64,000 bases of DNA. It comes from Mobula hypostoma. Taxonomy: Eukaryota. The position numbers and the translations under genes were made by a program. Numbering within the stretch: position 1 is the stretch's first letter; the number at the start of each line of letters is the position of its first letter. Shown here piece by piece: positions 35,470 to 49,963 of the stretch. The stretch is taken from contig NC_086097.1 of assembly GCF_963921235.1 (NCBI RefSeq), positions 155,994,001 through 156,058,000 on the forward strand. Reading direction: 5' to 3'. The notes under the pieces are model-generated. The model was given only the letters and a program-made list of their open reading frames with translations, did not search any database and was not told the origin of the DNA.

Positions 35470-37590
35470 CATAGAAACATAGAAATCTGCAGCAGATTAC
35501 AAGCCCTTCAGCCCACAATGCTGTGCCAACCATATAGCCAACTCTAGAAACTGCTTAGAATTTCCCTACAGCACAACCCCCTATTTTTTCCAAAACTCCA
35601 TGTACCTATCCAAGAGTCTCTTAAAATACCCTGTTGTATCCACATCTACCACCATCACTGGCAGTGCATTCCATACACCCACCACTCTCTGTGTGGAAAA
35701 ACTTAACTCTAACATCCCCCCTTGTACCTACTTCCAAGCACCTTAAAACAATGCTGCCTAGTGGTAGCCATTTCAGCCTTGGGAAAAGGCCTACGGCTAT
35801 CCACACGTCAATGCCTCTCATCATCTTGCACCTCTATCATATCACTTCTCATCCTCTGTCGCTCCAAGGAGAGAAAGCCAAGTTCACTCAAGCTATTCTC
35901 ATTAGGCATGCTCTCCAATATCCTTGTTAATCTCCTCTGCACTCTCTCTGTAATATCCATATCCTTCCTGTAGTGAGGTGACCAGAACTGAGCCCAGTAC
36001 TCCAAGTGGGGTCTAACTAAGGTCCTGTCTAGCTGTAATATTACCTAATGACTCTTGAGTTCAATCACATGGTTAATGAAGGCCAACACACAATACGCTT
36101 TCTTAACAACACTGTCAACCTGCGCTGCAGCTTTGAGTGTCCTATGGACATGGACCCCAAGATCTCACTGATCCTCCGCACGGCCAAGGATCTTACCATT
36201 AATATTATATTCTGCCTTCAAATTTGACCTACTGAAATAAGCCACTTCACACTTATTTGGGTTGAACTCCATCTGCCATTTCTCAGCCCAGTTCTGCATC
36301 CCATCAATGTAGTGCTGTAATCTCTGTTAACCCTCCAGACTATCCACAGCACTCTGACCTTTGTGTCATCAGCAGACTTACTAACCCACCTTCTACTTCC
36401 TCATTCAAGTCACTTATAAAAATCACAAAGAGGAGGGGTCCCAGAACAGATCCATATGCAAAGATACTAAATAGCAACCATATGGAACTCTGCAGAATAC
36501 CAAGCATCAACAACCACACTTTGCCTTCTGTGGGCAAGCCAATTCTGGATTCACAAAGCAAGGTCTCTTGGATTCCATGCCTCATTACTTTCTGATGAGC
36601 CTTGAATGGGGAACCTTATCAAATGCCTTACTGAAATCCATATATACTACATCCACTGCTCTACCTTCATCAATGTGTTTTGTTACATCCTCAAACAATT
36701 CAATCAGGTTTGTAAGACATGACCTGCCTTTGAAAAAGCCATGGTGATTATTCCTAATCAGTTTACGTCTCTCCAAATGCTCATAAAAACTACCTCTCAG
36801 GATCTTCTCCACCAAATTGCCTACCACTGAAGTAAGTCTTGCTGGTCTATAATTTCCCGCATTATCTCTACTCCCTTTCTTGAACGGGGGACAACATTTG
36901 CTGCCTTCCAATCTTCTTCCTATTGATGATGCAAAGATCATCGCGGGAGGTTCAGCAATCTCCTCCCTCTCTTCCCAGAGTAGCCTGGAGTACATTTCAT
37001 CCGAACACAGCGAATTATCTAACTTAATACCTTTCAAAAGCTCCTGCACATCTTCTTTCTTAATGTCTGCACATTCAAGCATTTCAGTCCTCTGTAAGTC
37101 ATCCCCACAATTGCCAAGGTCCTTTTCACTGGTGAATACTGAAACAAAGTATTCATTAAGTGCTTCTGCTACTTCCTCCAGCTCCATGCACGTGTTTCCA
37201 TTATCACTCCTGATTGGTCCTATTCTCACCCGGCTCACCCTCTTGCTCCTCACATACTTGTAGAATGCCTTGGGGTTTTTCTTAATCCTGCTCAACAAGA
37301 ACTTCTCATGGTCCCTTCTAGCTCTCCTAATTCCATTCCTGACACACTTGTAATTTTCTAGAGGTCTGTCATTGCCTAGTTTTTTGAACCTTTCATATGC
37401 TTTTCTTTTCTTCTTAACTAGATTTTTCTACATCTTTTGTACACCATGGTTCTTTTACCCTACCATCCTTTCCCTGCCTCAGTGGAACGTACTTACGCAG
37501 AACACCTTGCAAATGTTCCTTGAACATTTGCCACATTTCTGCCATGTGTTTTCCTGAGAACATCTGCTCCCAATTTATATTCCCAAGTTT
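35470..37590 (-). mobile_element. 5'-truncated CR1 (ORF2 RT region and 3' tail), decayed
   Basis: 237-aa ORF 36585-37298 (NPKAFYKY..GNYRP..DFSKAFDKVPH); catagaaacatagaa tail. Confidence 0.92.
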
Positions 37591-38571
37591 GCAGTGGCAC
37601 TACTGAAACAAGTATGTGTAGCTCTCAGCTTCTGTTGGCTGCGTAAGTCTAGGGAAGACAAATGACTAGACAAACACAAATGTAGATAAACTATCTGTTT
37701 TTGATATTTGTCCAGGAAAAATGCATATGACAATTTTTAGTGATCCAATGTATGAATGTCAGGATATCAGGGGACATTTTAGGGAAAGTAATACTGTTCC
37801 TTAATACAGAAGTCAAGTATCACAAATCAAATTGTATTTTTTGAAGAAGTTCCAAATTTGCTACATGAAGTGCAGCCAGGCTTGTAGCAATAATGCACAT
37901 AACTCAATAATAATGGACAATAAAGTGGCTGTGCTGTAAGAGCAGTTTTCTGACCTACACACTTGAAAATTGATAAAATACTGCGTACCTGTATGCCCTG
38001 GGGATCTGATGATATCTTTAAAATGTATTTTGAAAAATCACCTACTCTACGCTATTTAATGTCTACTGAAGGAGTTGTTTTCTAGATCATAAACACAATG
38101 AGTTTTACATTAACGAAACGAGACAGGTACTGGATTAGACAATGAACCAGGTTTCTTTAAATCAAACTAGTATTAGTATCTCTGAAACTCGTGTCTGGTC
38201 ACAAACAGAACTAACAAATCCACAGAAAAATAACAAATGTAACCCCTTTGAGTCTGTATTTGCCCATAAGAACATTTGGAAGTGTTAGTTTTCAAGTAAC
38301 TGCTGGAAAGAAATCCAATCTCCAGCCTTACAATATTTCTATAAATCAGAAATTTTCCCCATCAAAGCAGCTTTTTGTATAAATTATTAAAACTTCAAAT
38401 ATGATAACATACATTTGAGATGACAGCGAATGAATTCACTGACCCAGCGGCATAAAAGAACTTTTGCAGAGTCACATTAGACAAAAAAGATTAGTTAAAG
38501 ATGATACAGTCATTTTGGAGTAACCGTATGTTAGGGGTGAATGGAGGAAGAGGGTGTACCAATGAAAAGTC

Positions 38572-39960
38572 TCAAAGTTCAAAGCACGTTTTTTTTATTG
38601 AAGTACATGTATGTCACCAAATACAACCTTGAGCTTCATTTTCTTGTGAACATACTCAATAAATCCATAGTAGGATAATAATAATAGAATCAATAAAAGA
38701 CCACACCTATTTGGGTGTTCAGCAGTGTGCAAAAGACAGCAAACTGTACAAATACAAAAAGAAGAAATAATAATGATAGTAATTAATTAAGCAATAAATA
38801 TCTAGAACATGAGATGAAAAGCCCTTAAAAGTGAGTCCACAGGTTGTGGGAACATTTCAATGATAGGGCAAATGAAGCTGAATGAAATTATCCCCTTTGT
38901 TTCAACAGCCTGATGGTTGAGGGGTAATGACTGTTTCTGAATCTAGTGGTGTGAGTTTTGAGGCTCCTATCCCTTCTTCCTGATGGCAGCAGTGAGAAGA
39001 GAGAATGGCCAGGGTGGTGAGAGTCCCTGATGATGGCTGTTGCTTTCCTTTGACAACAGATCATGTGCTCAATGGTGTGGGGGGGTGGGGGGGTCTATAC
39101 CCATGTTGGACTGAGCCATATCCATTACTTTTTGGAGAATTTTCCATTCAAGGTATTGGTATTTCAATGCCAGGCTGTGATGCGGCCAGTCAATATATTC
39201 TCCACTACACATCCATAGATGTTGGACAAAGTTTTAGATGTCATACTGAATCTTGGCAAACTCCTAAGAAAGTAGAGGCACTGCTGTGTTTTCTTCGTAA
39301 TTGTACTTATGTGCTGGGCCCAGGAAAGGTCCTCCAAAATGATAACAATGAGGAATTTAAATTTGCTGAGCCTCTCCACTTCTGGGCCCCTGGTTTCCTC
39401 CTCCTGAAGTCAATAATCAGCTCCTTGGTCTTGCTGACATTGAGTAACAGGCTGTTGTTATAGCATTGCTTAGTCAAATTTTCAGTCTCCCTCCGATATG
39501 CCAATTCATCACCACCTTTGATTCGGCCTACAACAGTGCTGATGGAGGTTGTGAAGAAAGCGTTGTTGTCAAACCTAATTGACTGGGGTTCACAAGTTAT
39601 GAATTTGAGGATCCAATTGCACAAGTATGTTTTGAGGCCAAGGTCTTGAAGTGTATTGATTAATATTGAGGGGTGCTGGTATTGAACACTGACCCTGCAG
39701 TTCATATCCTGATATATGCATCTTTGCTGTCCAGACATTACAGGGTTGAGTGAAGAGCCAATGATATGGGACCTGCTGTGAACCTGTTGCTCTGGTAGGC
39801 AAACTGGAACAGTTCCAAGTTGCTTCTCTGTTTCATCACCAACCTCTCAAAGCACTTCTTCACTGTTGATGTAACTGCCACTGGACAATAATCACTGAGG
39901 CAGGTTACTACATTCTTCTTAGGCACTGGTACGTGAAATCTGCTTGAAGCAGATTGGTAC
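38572..39960 (-). mobile_element. Rex1/Babar-like LINE (RT fragment and 3' end), decayed
   Basis: DYCPVAVTSTVKKCFERLV, QFAYQSNR, LNVSKTKELIIDFRR, DLSWAQH; (CTTTGAA)-type tail. Confidence 0.8.
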
Positions 39961-39989
39961 TTCAGAGTGATCTGACTTTTCTGAATCAA

Positions 39990-41282
39990 AATGGAGCAAT
40001 TGGGAAAATTTAAAACATATTCAAGGAAACCATGGAAGGGATTTCCATGAATGGAAATCATGCCAAACAAATCTGTTGGCATTCTTTGAGAAAATAACAG
40101 GTAGGATTGACAAAAATGAATCAGTGGATGTTGTGTACTTGGATTTTCAGAAGGCCTTTCACCAAGTTTCCGCACATGAGGCTGCTTAATAAAATCAGAG
40201 CCCATGGTATTGCAGGAAAGACACTAGCATGAAGTGAAGTTTGGCTAACTGACAAAAGGCAAATTATGGAGCAAAGGGGGCCTTTTCTTGTTGGCTGCCA
40301 GTGGCTAGTGGTGTTCCCCAGGGGTTCAGTGTTGTAACCACTTCTTTTCATGTTAAAGGTTAGTGATTTGGAAGATGGAATTGATGATTTTGTAGCCACG
40401 TTTGCAGATGATATGAAGATAGGTGGAGGGACGGGTAGTGTCGAGGAAGCAGAAGGACTTGGACAGATTAGGAGAATAGCCAAAGAAGTGGCAGATGGAA
40501 TGTAGTGCAGGGAAATGTATGTCATGCACTTTGGTAAAAGGGAATAAAATGTAAACTATTTTCTAAGGGTGATAAAATTCAAAAATTAGTGTGCAAAGTG
40601 ACTGGGAGTCCTCTTGCAGGATTTCTTAAAATTAACTTGTAGGTTGAGGTGGTGGTGAGGAAGGCAAATGCAATGTTAGAATATAGAAGCAAGGATGTAA
40701 TGCTGAGGATTTATAATGCATTGGTCAGACCACACTTGGAGTACTGAGAGTAGTTTTGGGCCCCTTATCTAAGAAAAGATGTATGATATTGGAGAAGGTC
40801 CAGAGGAAGTTCATGAGAATGATTCTGGGAATGAAAGGATTAACACGTGAGGAGTATTTGATAGCTCTGGGCTTGTTTTCACTGGAGTTTAGAAGGGTGA
40901 GGTGGGATCTCAAGGAAACCTATTAAATATTGAAAGGTCAAGATAGACTTGATGTGGAAACAATGTTTCTTGTAGTGCAGGAGTCTAGGACCAGAAGGCA
41001 CAGCCTCACAATACAAAGACATCTCTTGAGAACACAGATGAGGAGGAATCTCTTTGGGTGGAGTGTGGTGAATCTATAGAATTAATTTCCACAGACAACT
41101 ATAGAAGGCAGGTCCTTGGATATATTTAAAGCAGAGTTTGATAGTTTCTCGATTAGTCAGGACATCAAAGGTTACAGGGAGAAGGCAGGAGAATAGAGTT
41201 GAAAGGAATAATAAATCAGCCCTTATGGAATGGGCAGCAGCATTGATGGGCCGAATGGCCTGATTCTGCTCTATGTCTTATC
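39990..41282 (+). mobile_element. CR1 RT/3' fragment, decayed
   Basis: [25 protein letters not shown]-like segments and 3' UTR. Confidence 0.85.
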
Positions 41283-42262
41283 AAATTGTTCATCTATGCA
41301 TATGCTACAGATTTATTCACGAGCTTAAGCCCCTAAATTGAGGGAATAAATATGCTAAAGGTATCCGTAGAATAAAGTTTATAGATATAATAAACAATGT
41401 GAAGAAAATTGTGTTGTATATTTCCCATTGGTGTTAACCAATTTTATTTCAAATTCAAGTATTATCAAAAGTCTAACAAGTTGAGTTTATTGTCATATGC
41501 ACTGGTACATATATGCACAGGTGCAAGTATATCCTTCTTGAAGCAGCATTATAACAGCATGACATCAGAGACACAACATCCACAAGAAAAATATTTTTAA
41601 AATATGCATTGAGTGAAAAGTGCTCCAAATGGTCATAGAGTTGCTACACTAAGGTAGTGATTAGATTTGTGCAATTTGATTCAAGAACCGAATGGTTAAA
41701 AAGAAGTAGCTGTTCTTAAACCTGGTGGGTGCATTTCTTCAGACTTCCATACAAACAGGCTATCATACATGTGTCCACTTAAGAATAACAGCTATGAAAT
41801 ACTGACTATGGATGTAATAGGAAAAGCTGAATGCTTGGAGCCCAATTGGTTTAGTGGGAAATCCTACATTTTGAGACTATTTACAGGTTACCCTGTACTA
41901 CTACTGCATTTTATTAAAGTGAATTTCCATGCTTCAGATAAAGTAAATATGAATGTTAATGAATTTGAATCAGGAGAAAAATATATTGGGATTAGATTGC
42001 TTGGGAGCTTGGTGAGAGATCTAATTAAGCATTGTTATAGAGGGCACTGGAGGTTATTACATTCCACTAAATGTATGAGGAAAGATGTGGGTGGTTAAAC
42101 AATAGGAGTAGATAACTCAGAGGCATTAGTGAAAAGAAGTCCAGAGTGAAGAACAAGTGAGGGGTCTTTTAGATAATTCTAGACACATGTGATTGTCAAA
42201 AATTACTAGGAGTAGAATAGCGGCAGAAGATACTCTGCAAAAATCTTTAGAAGCCATATAAT

Positions 42263-42572
42263 GGTGGTGTGGTCATGCAGCTTATAGAGCAGATCGTTTA
42301 CAGTTCCAGTGAATCCATTTTGATTTTGATCTTGTATGCTGTTAGTAAGGAGCATGCACGTTCTTCCTCTGCATTTTGTCCAGGCACTCAGGTTTCCTTT
42401 CACTTCCCATCATCAATTATCAATTGATCATCAATTAATCAGCCACTATAAATTGTCCATAGTATGCAAGTGAGTGGAAAATAAAAAGTAAGATTATCTA
42501 AATTGATGGTTAAGCATTGACATCAACATGGTGGGTGGAAAAGCCTGTTTCCTTTTGTATAACTATGACTCT
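42263..42572 (+). mobile_element. Degenerate V-SINE-like (HE1-type) tRNA-derived SINE
   Basis: tRNA-like head, gcactcaggtttcctttcac core, taaattgtcc..agt, CR1-like tail. Confidence 0.55.
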
Positions 42573-43304
42573 AGTGTTCCTGGACAAGCAGGGAGGAATT
42601 TAGAGACAGTAAAAAAAGTTCCTCACGGACCAAGGGATCCAAAAATATCACAAAACATACATAGATTCAGTGATTTAGCCAGGCAAGGAACTATAAGCAA
42701 CACGGAGGATGACAGTTGATGATAGGGTATAAAGTAAGATCATTCCAGCACTTACTCTGTTTGTTTCTGCTGTGGTAGATTTAATTAATAGTATCCCATG
42801 TTTGGTTCCTTTTCTGGGTTTTGGTCTATGTTGATGGAAAAGAAGGTAAGCAGGAAGACTGAAGGAAGACAAGGAAGACAAAGAACCTGTAGAAACTGGA
42901 ATCTAGAAGTGAATCAAGATGCTGAAGAACTTGATGGGTTAAGCAGCATTTATGAAGGCAAAAGGTATAAGAGAACTGTTTTTTTTATTGAGACCCTGCA
43001 GTCTGAGAAAGGGAACCAGAACAATTGGCAGCATATAAATTATGCTGGGAGGTGCGTAATAGTGGTTTCTCAAAGTCATTTCTCTGTCTACCCATTCTTA
43101 TCTCTCTGGTTACAACTTATATATATCACCCTTTTTCCAAACCTTCTGCTTAACCCATTAATTTCTTACTGCTTTATGCTTTGTTCAAGATCAATAAAAA
43201 TATGCCTTCACACTTAAAGAGCAGTTGTCCACTTCGTAATATCTATTCTTGCATACTAGCTCATCAAAATTTCACTGACAAATATTATCATGTTGTATCC
43301 CTAA

Positions 43305-44200
43305 ATAAATGAATCAGTCAATCAATATGGCTCAACATTTAGAAGTGCTAATTCAATATCTGTATGATTTGTTACTGTTCACAGAGGCCCTGTATTTTTA
43401 GTCCAGTCCAGTTTATTGTCCAGGTGATTTCCCAGATATCTATAGTCCTGGATGACTTCCACATCCGTTCCCTTGATGGAGATGGGAATGCAGGATGTGT
43501 TCACCTTCCTGAAGTCAACAACCAACTCCTTTGTCTTAGTGATGTTGAGCTGCAGGTGATGAAACCCACACCCCTCAACAAAGTTGTCCATCACTCTTCT
43601 GTACTCAGCTTCTTGACTCTGGCTGATACAGCCCACAACTGTTGAATCGTCCGAAAACTTCTGCAGTTGGCAGGACTCCAGGTTGTATCTGAGGTCCAAG
43701 GTGTAGACAGTGAACAGGAAGGGAGACAGGACAGACCCCTGAAGTGCTCCTGTGCTGCTAACCACAGCATCTGATACACAGCTCTGCAATCTCACATATT
43801 CTGGCCGTCCAGACAGGTAGTCCGTAATCCAGGACACTTGTGGAGCATCCACCTGCATCTTCGCAAGCTTACTCCCTAGTACGACAGGTGATATGGTGTT
43901 AAAGGCACTGGAGAAATTGAAAAACATGATTCTCACAATGCTGCCTGGCTCATCCAGATGGCTGTAAGCCCATTGATGCAGGAAGATAATGGCGTCCTTG
44001 ACTCCAATATGTGGTTGGTAAACAAACTGCAGGGGTTACAGTGATGGATTTACAATGGCCCAGAAGTGTGTCAGAACCAGACTTTCTAATGATTTCATAA
44101 CATGTGTGGTCAAAACCACTGGTCTGTAGTCACTGGGCATAGTGGAACATGTTTCCATGAGTACTGGAACTAGGCAGGGTGTTTTCTACAATACAGGGAT
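43305..44200 (-). mobile_element. Rex1/Babar LINE RT fragment
   Basis: 185-aa ORF RIMFFNFSSAFNTI...GALQGSVLSPFLF...QKFSDDS...KTKELVVDFR. Confidence 0.85.
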
Positions 44201-44819
44201 AGAAATCAGACAAATGACAGTGAATAGAATAATCTGTAAATGTATTTCATAAACAAGAAAATGTCACAAGAAGCTTCAAGAAGAGTAGCACTGTTTCAGA
44301 ATTACTTCCTGCTGTACATTGATATGGAGGATAATTTAAATTAAAATTAACTCTGGCAGAGGTAACATTCTCATCCTTTAAGAAAGATTTGCTAGGTGCT
44401 TATTGGACAATTAAGAATCTTGTTGTATTTATGGGAAACATGGTAGTAATTCTGAGAATCAGTCACACCTTGATAAGGTTTAAAGACTGGGCTTCCTCCT
44501 TCAATGTGCATTACGAGAGTCATTGGTCGGAAGATGGAATTACTGAACCACTGATATTGGCTATGAAGGAAAACCTCCTAAATGTACAGTTAAAAGAGTA
44601 CCAGAAACAGAAGAAGGCATTTACATACTGAGGCAAGACATCTTTTATGGATGGATTCTGTTATCTAGGGAAAGCCAAATGAGATATGGAATTTGAGATC
44701 CAAGCAACAAAATAGGTATGTCAGTAAATTTTCAAATACATCTGAGTGCACAGCAAATGGAGAAGGGTACACCCTATCATAATACAATCTCTGTTCAGAT
44801 TCCATGTTTATTTGTAATT

Positions 44820-45300
44820 AACTAACAGCAGAATTAGGCCTTTTGGCCATTGAATCTGATCTGCCATTCCATCATGGGTGATTATTTTTTCCTCAATCCC
44901 ATTCCCCTGCTTTGTTTCTGTATTCCTTAACCATTTACTGATCAAGGACCTATTAATCTCTGCCTTAAATATACCCAATGACTTGACCTCTGTAGCCACA
45001 GATTCCACAATTTCACCACCTTTGGCTGAAGAAATTCTTCCTCATCTTAGGTCTAATGATACATCCCTTTGTTCTGAGGTAGTCTCTTTGCATCATAGAC
45101 TCTCCTATTAATGGGAACATCCTCTCTACATCCACTCTATCCAGCCTTTTTAGTATTTGGTAGGTTTCAATGAGATCTCATTCCTTCTAAACATCAGTAC
45201 AGGCCCAGAGCCATCAAATGCTCCTCATACATTAAGCCTTTCATTCTCAGATCATTCTTGTGAAACTCTTCTGTATTTGTCCTTAGATACAGGGCCCAAC
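44820..45300 (-). mobile_element. CR1 3' fragment
   Basis: SLGIFKAEINR and CR1 3' UTR. Confidence 0.8.
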
Positions 45301-45589
45301 AATATTGTTTAAGAAGGATAGGCAGTAATCTAAATGCAAAAGTAATGAAAAGAGTAAATGCAGTGAGATTGTATTCTTATCAACATGAAAAATTTTACAA
45401 ATATTGTCTGAATTATGTAGCTTCAAATGCAGAAACCTGTAGAAGATAATCTCTTTAGAAGCACAGCTAAAGACCAGAAGAGTCTGATCTTGGATAATGA
45501 AGATCACTCCACCTTTCTGGAGCAGGGAATAACTAGTGTAGTTTACGGATCAGGTTGAGGCATTTCCATGTGTGTTAGCTACCAGTGAA

Positions 45590-46745
45590 CCTGAATCATA
45601 TCAGGAAAGTCATATAACTGGACATGTAATCATCCTCTTTCTCCTTTCTTGATCTCTCTGTCTCCATCTCTGGAGACAAATTGTGTGCCGATATTTTTAT
45701 AAACCTACTGATTCCCATGATGATCTTGACTATACCTCTTCCTACCCAGTCTCCTGTAAAAATGTTATCCCCGTTTCTCAGTTCCTTTGTCTCCACCATG
45801 TCTGATCCCAGGAAGAGGATTTCCATTCCTGGTCTCTTTTCTTCAAAGAAAGGGGTTTCCCTTTCTTCACCATTGGTGCTGCCCTCACCTGCATCTCCTC
45901 CATTTCCCAGACATCAATGCTCACCCCATCTTCCTGCCACCTTAATAGGGATAGAGTTTCTCATCCTCACCTACCACCCTATAAATCTCTGCATCCAACA
46001 CACCGTTTTCCCAAATTCCACACCTGCCCATTCACCTTCTCCCTCAGTTCTTTTCAGGGACCCAAACAGTTCTTCCAGGTGAGACAACCCTTGAGCTGTG
46101 AATCTGTTGGAGTTGTCTATTGTATCCAGTGATCTTGATGCGGCCTTCTCTACACTGGTGAGACCCAGCATAAATTGGGGGACCTCTGCTCCATCCGCCA
46201 AAAATGAAATTTCCCAAAGGCCAGCAATTTCACTTCTTTTCCCTATTCCCATTTCAACACGTTGGTGCATGGCCTCCTCTTCCACTGTAATGAGGCCACT
46301 CTCAGGGTGGAGGAGAAACACCTGATATTCCATCTAGGTAGCCTCCAACTTGATGGCATGAACATCAATTTCTCCTTCCAGTAGATTTCTTTCCACCTCC
46401 TCCTTCCCTCTTCTTTTATTCCCCACTTTGGACTCTTACCTCTTCACCTGACCTGCCTAACACCTCCCCCTGGTGCCACTCCTTCTTTCCTTTCTCCTAT
46501 GATCCACTCTCCTCTCCTATCAGATTCCTTTCTCTCCAGCCCTTTAACTTTCCTACTTACCTCGTTTCACCTATCACCCTCTAGCTTGTCCCCCCTTCTC
46601 CCCCCACATTTATATTCCAGTATCTTCCCCCTTTCTTCCCACTCCTGATGAAAGGTCTCAGCCTGTAACATCAACTGTTTTATTTTCATTTCCACAGGTG
46701 CTGCCTGATCTGCTGAGTTCCTCTTGAATTTTCTTTGTGTTGTTA
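45590..46745 (+). mobile_element. Decayed Penelope-like element (RT C-terminus, GIY-YIG, 3' UTR, hammerhead relic)
   Basis: DIF.KPTDSH..L.Y.SS.P, GVVYCI.C..CGL.Y.GET, HLIFHLGSLQ.DGMNI; CTGATGA-aaggtctcagcct-GTAA at 46645-46668. Confidence 0.85.
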
Positions 46746-47499
46746 GTAGATTTCTCAAACATGATTTCTTTTTCATAAACCTATGTTGACTTTGTCTATT
46801 GCTGTTGAGAATTCTGAATTGTCCTCTTGTCACATTCTTTAGAAAAGACCTTGATATTTTCTCTATTATTGATATTAGGCTAACAAGTCAGCAATTCCCA
46901 GTTTTCTCTCTCTCTTTCCAAATAGTTGGGTTATATTTCCACTTGCAGGTCTGCAGAAACCTATCTATGATCAAGGGAATGTGGTTAGATGTCTGCAAAT
47001 GGATGCTGTATTTCCATGGCTATATACTTCAGTACTCTAAATGATCTTTGCGATACAGTGAATCATCATGGGAATCCAGAACTTGTTCTGAATTTTTAAT
47101 AAAGGAGAATAAAGTAGCTTATGTGAGAGAGTTCAAGAAACAGCTGAAATAATTTTGTGGACATACAACATGGAAGAGTTTCAGAAACCATCAGGTCAAT
47201 GGAAATAAAATTATAGAGCCACACAAACTACAGGTTCTGAATTATACTCAAGGGGAAATATTTAACTTGCTGTATAAAACCATAAAATATCATAGACAAA
47301 GATAGCCTGCTGCATTGCAAAACAATTACTCAAAAGAAAAAAATGGGTTGATATCAATAAGATGAAACTCTGTGTTAAAATAAAAACAGAAAACCAAAAG
47401 GTCTATCATCAGTACAGAACATGAGAGAATCCTCAAGGTCCTTTATGCAGGGACAGTCATCAAGGCACTTGCACTATTCCTATTCCCTCAGAAACTAGC

Positions 47500-48315
47500 A
47501 ACACAATTGGTGACCTGTGGTATTGTGGAGGGATCTGTTCTGGGACTTCTCCTCTTGGTGACTTTAAAAAATAACTTGGATAAGGAAGCAGGTTAGTATG
47601 TTTGTAGATAACATGAATGTCAGTGGAGTTGTTGATAGGGTAGAATATTGCTGAAGGCTACTAATGGACATTACCAGGATGCAGAGCTGTGCTGAGAAGT
47701 GATAGATGGAATTCAAGCCAGAAATGTGTGAAGTCATTTACCTTGGAAGGTCAAATTTGAAGGCTGAATACAAGGTTTACGGCAAGATTCTTAAAAGTAC
47801 AGGGAAACAGAGTGATCCACATGTGTAGATCCCTCAATTTGTTGCACAAGTAGATAGAGTTGTTGAGAAAGTGTATGGTGTATTGACCTTGATTGGTTGG
47901 GGGATTGAATTCATTCTCCTTGGAGTGGAGGAGAATGAAAGGTGATTCGATGGAGGTGTATAAGATGATGGGAGATATAGATTGAGAGGATATCCAGAGA
48001 TTTTTTTCCAAGGGCAGAACTGACAAATAAGAGGGGCATAATATAATGTGATTGAAGGAAAATATAGGGATGGTGTCATAGGTAAGTTTTTTTATACAAA
48101 GTGGTGGGTGCATGGAACATGTTACCAGAGTTAGTAGAAGCAGATAATTTAAGGACATTTGAGAAACTCTTAGAGAGGCACATTGATGATAGCAGTATGG
48201 TGTACTATGTCAGCAGGAATGGTTAGATTGACCTTAGAATAGGTTAAAATTTCAGCACAACGTCATGAGCCAAAGGTCCTGTACTGTGCTGGAGTGTTCT
48301 ATGTTTTAAGTTCTT
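47500..48315 (+). mobile_element. Old CR1 RT/3' fragment
   Basis: Degenerate GSVLG.LL, W.MEF.PE.CEV.. and 3' UTR. Confidence 0.75.
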
Positions 48316-49963
48316 TGTTAATATGTCAACAAGGAAGAAAAGAGTCCAAATGTTAGCAGAGCTACAACCTGAATCATAACAGAAGAGTCTTCAATTCAAG
48401 TACAGGAAAGTAAGTATTGTAGGAAAGTACATTACTAGTTCAATTAATTTGATCATAATCCTGATTATATAACACAGGCCAACAAATGTGAAGCTGCCCT
48501 TTATTCAACAGAAAATAGAAGGAGAGAATGCTGGCATTTCTCTTGGGAATCATGTGGAATGAACATGTGATCTCCAAAGTCAATTATTCTCATTAACAAT
48601 CACTGGCCAGGAGAAAGTGGTGAAATTCAGAACATGCTCCACAGAATTGTACTTTGCACATCCTTTGAACAGTAATAACACCTCTAGGGAAAGGATAACA
48701 GGTGCAAATATATCCTCGTAAAAACGATTGTTAGAGGTAGCGAGGGTGAAAGAGTTAGACGAGTCAAAATGCATAAGTAGATATGTTGCAAATTGATGAA
48801 TAGTCATATATTATGTTACAAAATGAAGAACTGACTAGGTATTGCGAGACTTGATAACATTCAATTTATGAGCACGCCTAAACAGAACTTCTTAGCTAGG
48901 TCTGCATTATTAGCACTAAGAGCTTCATATACAAGGACATATTACATAAGGTTATTGTTCTTCTCAGTGACAGATGAACAAGGCATCAGGTGAACATCGT
49001 GGATAGACTCAAAAGCTGTCTATCAGTTGTCTGTGAGATAGTAACGCTGTTTTCTTTTTTTTGTAATAAAAACATTAGTGTGTGGATATAATATATAGGA
49101 TCGATTGTTAACATTAAGGCTTTTTAATAAACTGGGAAAGGCTGTCCAAATGTATAATAATCAATATTATTAAATGAATAGAAACATAGAAAACCTACAG
49201 CACAATACAGCCCACAAAGCTGTGCCGAACATATTCCTACGTTAGAACTACTTAGGCTTTATCCATAACCCTCTATTTTCCTAAGCTCCATTTAGCCATC
49301 CAGGAGTCTCTTAAAGGACTCTATTGTTTCCAGCTCCACCACTGCCGCCAGCAGCCGATTCCATGCACTCACCACACTCTGCGTAAAAAACATACCTCTG
49401 ACATCTCCTCTGTACCTACTTCCATGCACCTTAAAACTATCCCCTCTCGTGCTAGCAATTTCAGCCCTAGGGAGAAGCCTCTGACTATCCACATGATCAA
49501 TGCCTGTCATTATCTTATAGAACATAGAACATAGAATAGTACAGCACAGTACAGGCCCTTCGGCCCACAATGTTGTGCCAACCCTCAAACCCTACCTCCC
49601 ATATAACCCCCCACCTTAAATTCCTCCATATACCTGTCTAGTAGTCTCTTAAACTTCACTAGTGCATCTGCCTCCACCACTGACTCAGGCAGTGCATTCC
49701 ACGCACCAACCATGAACCAAGGTAAAAAACCTTCCTCTAATAACCCCCTTGAACTTCCCACCCCTTACTTTAAAGCCATGTCCTCTTGTATTGAGCAGTG
49801 GTGCCCTGGGGAAGAGGCGCTGGCTATCCACTCTATCTATTCCTCTTATTATCTTGTACACCTCTATCATGTCGCCTCTCATCCTCCTTCTTTCCAAAGA
49901 GTAAAGCCCTAACTCCCTTAATCTCTGATCATAATCCATACTCTCTAAACCAGGCAGCATCTT

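Noticed and set aside
2191..48807. Numerous 60-155 aa ORFs in the track outside TE coding frames
   Set aside because: Antisense or off-frame readings of repeats or random AT-rich DNA; none resembles a host protein I can recognise.
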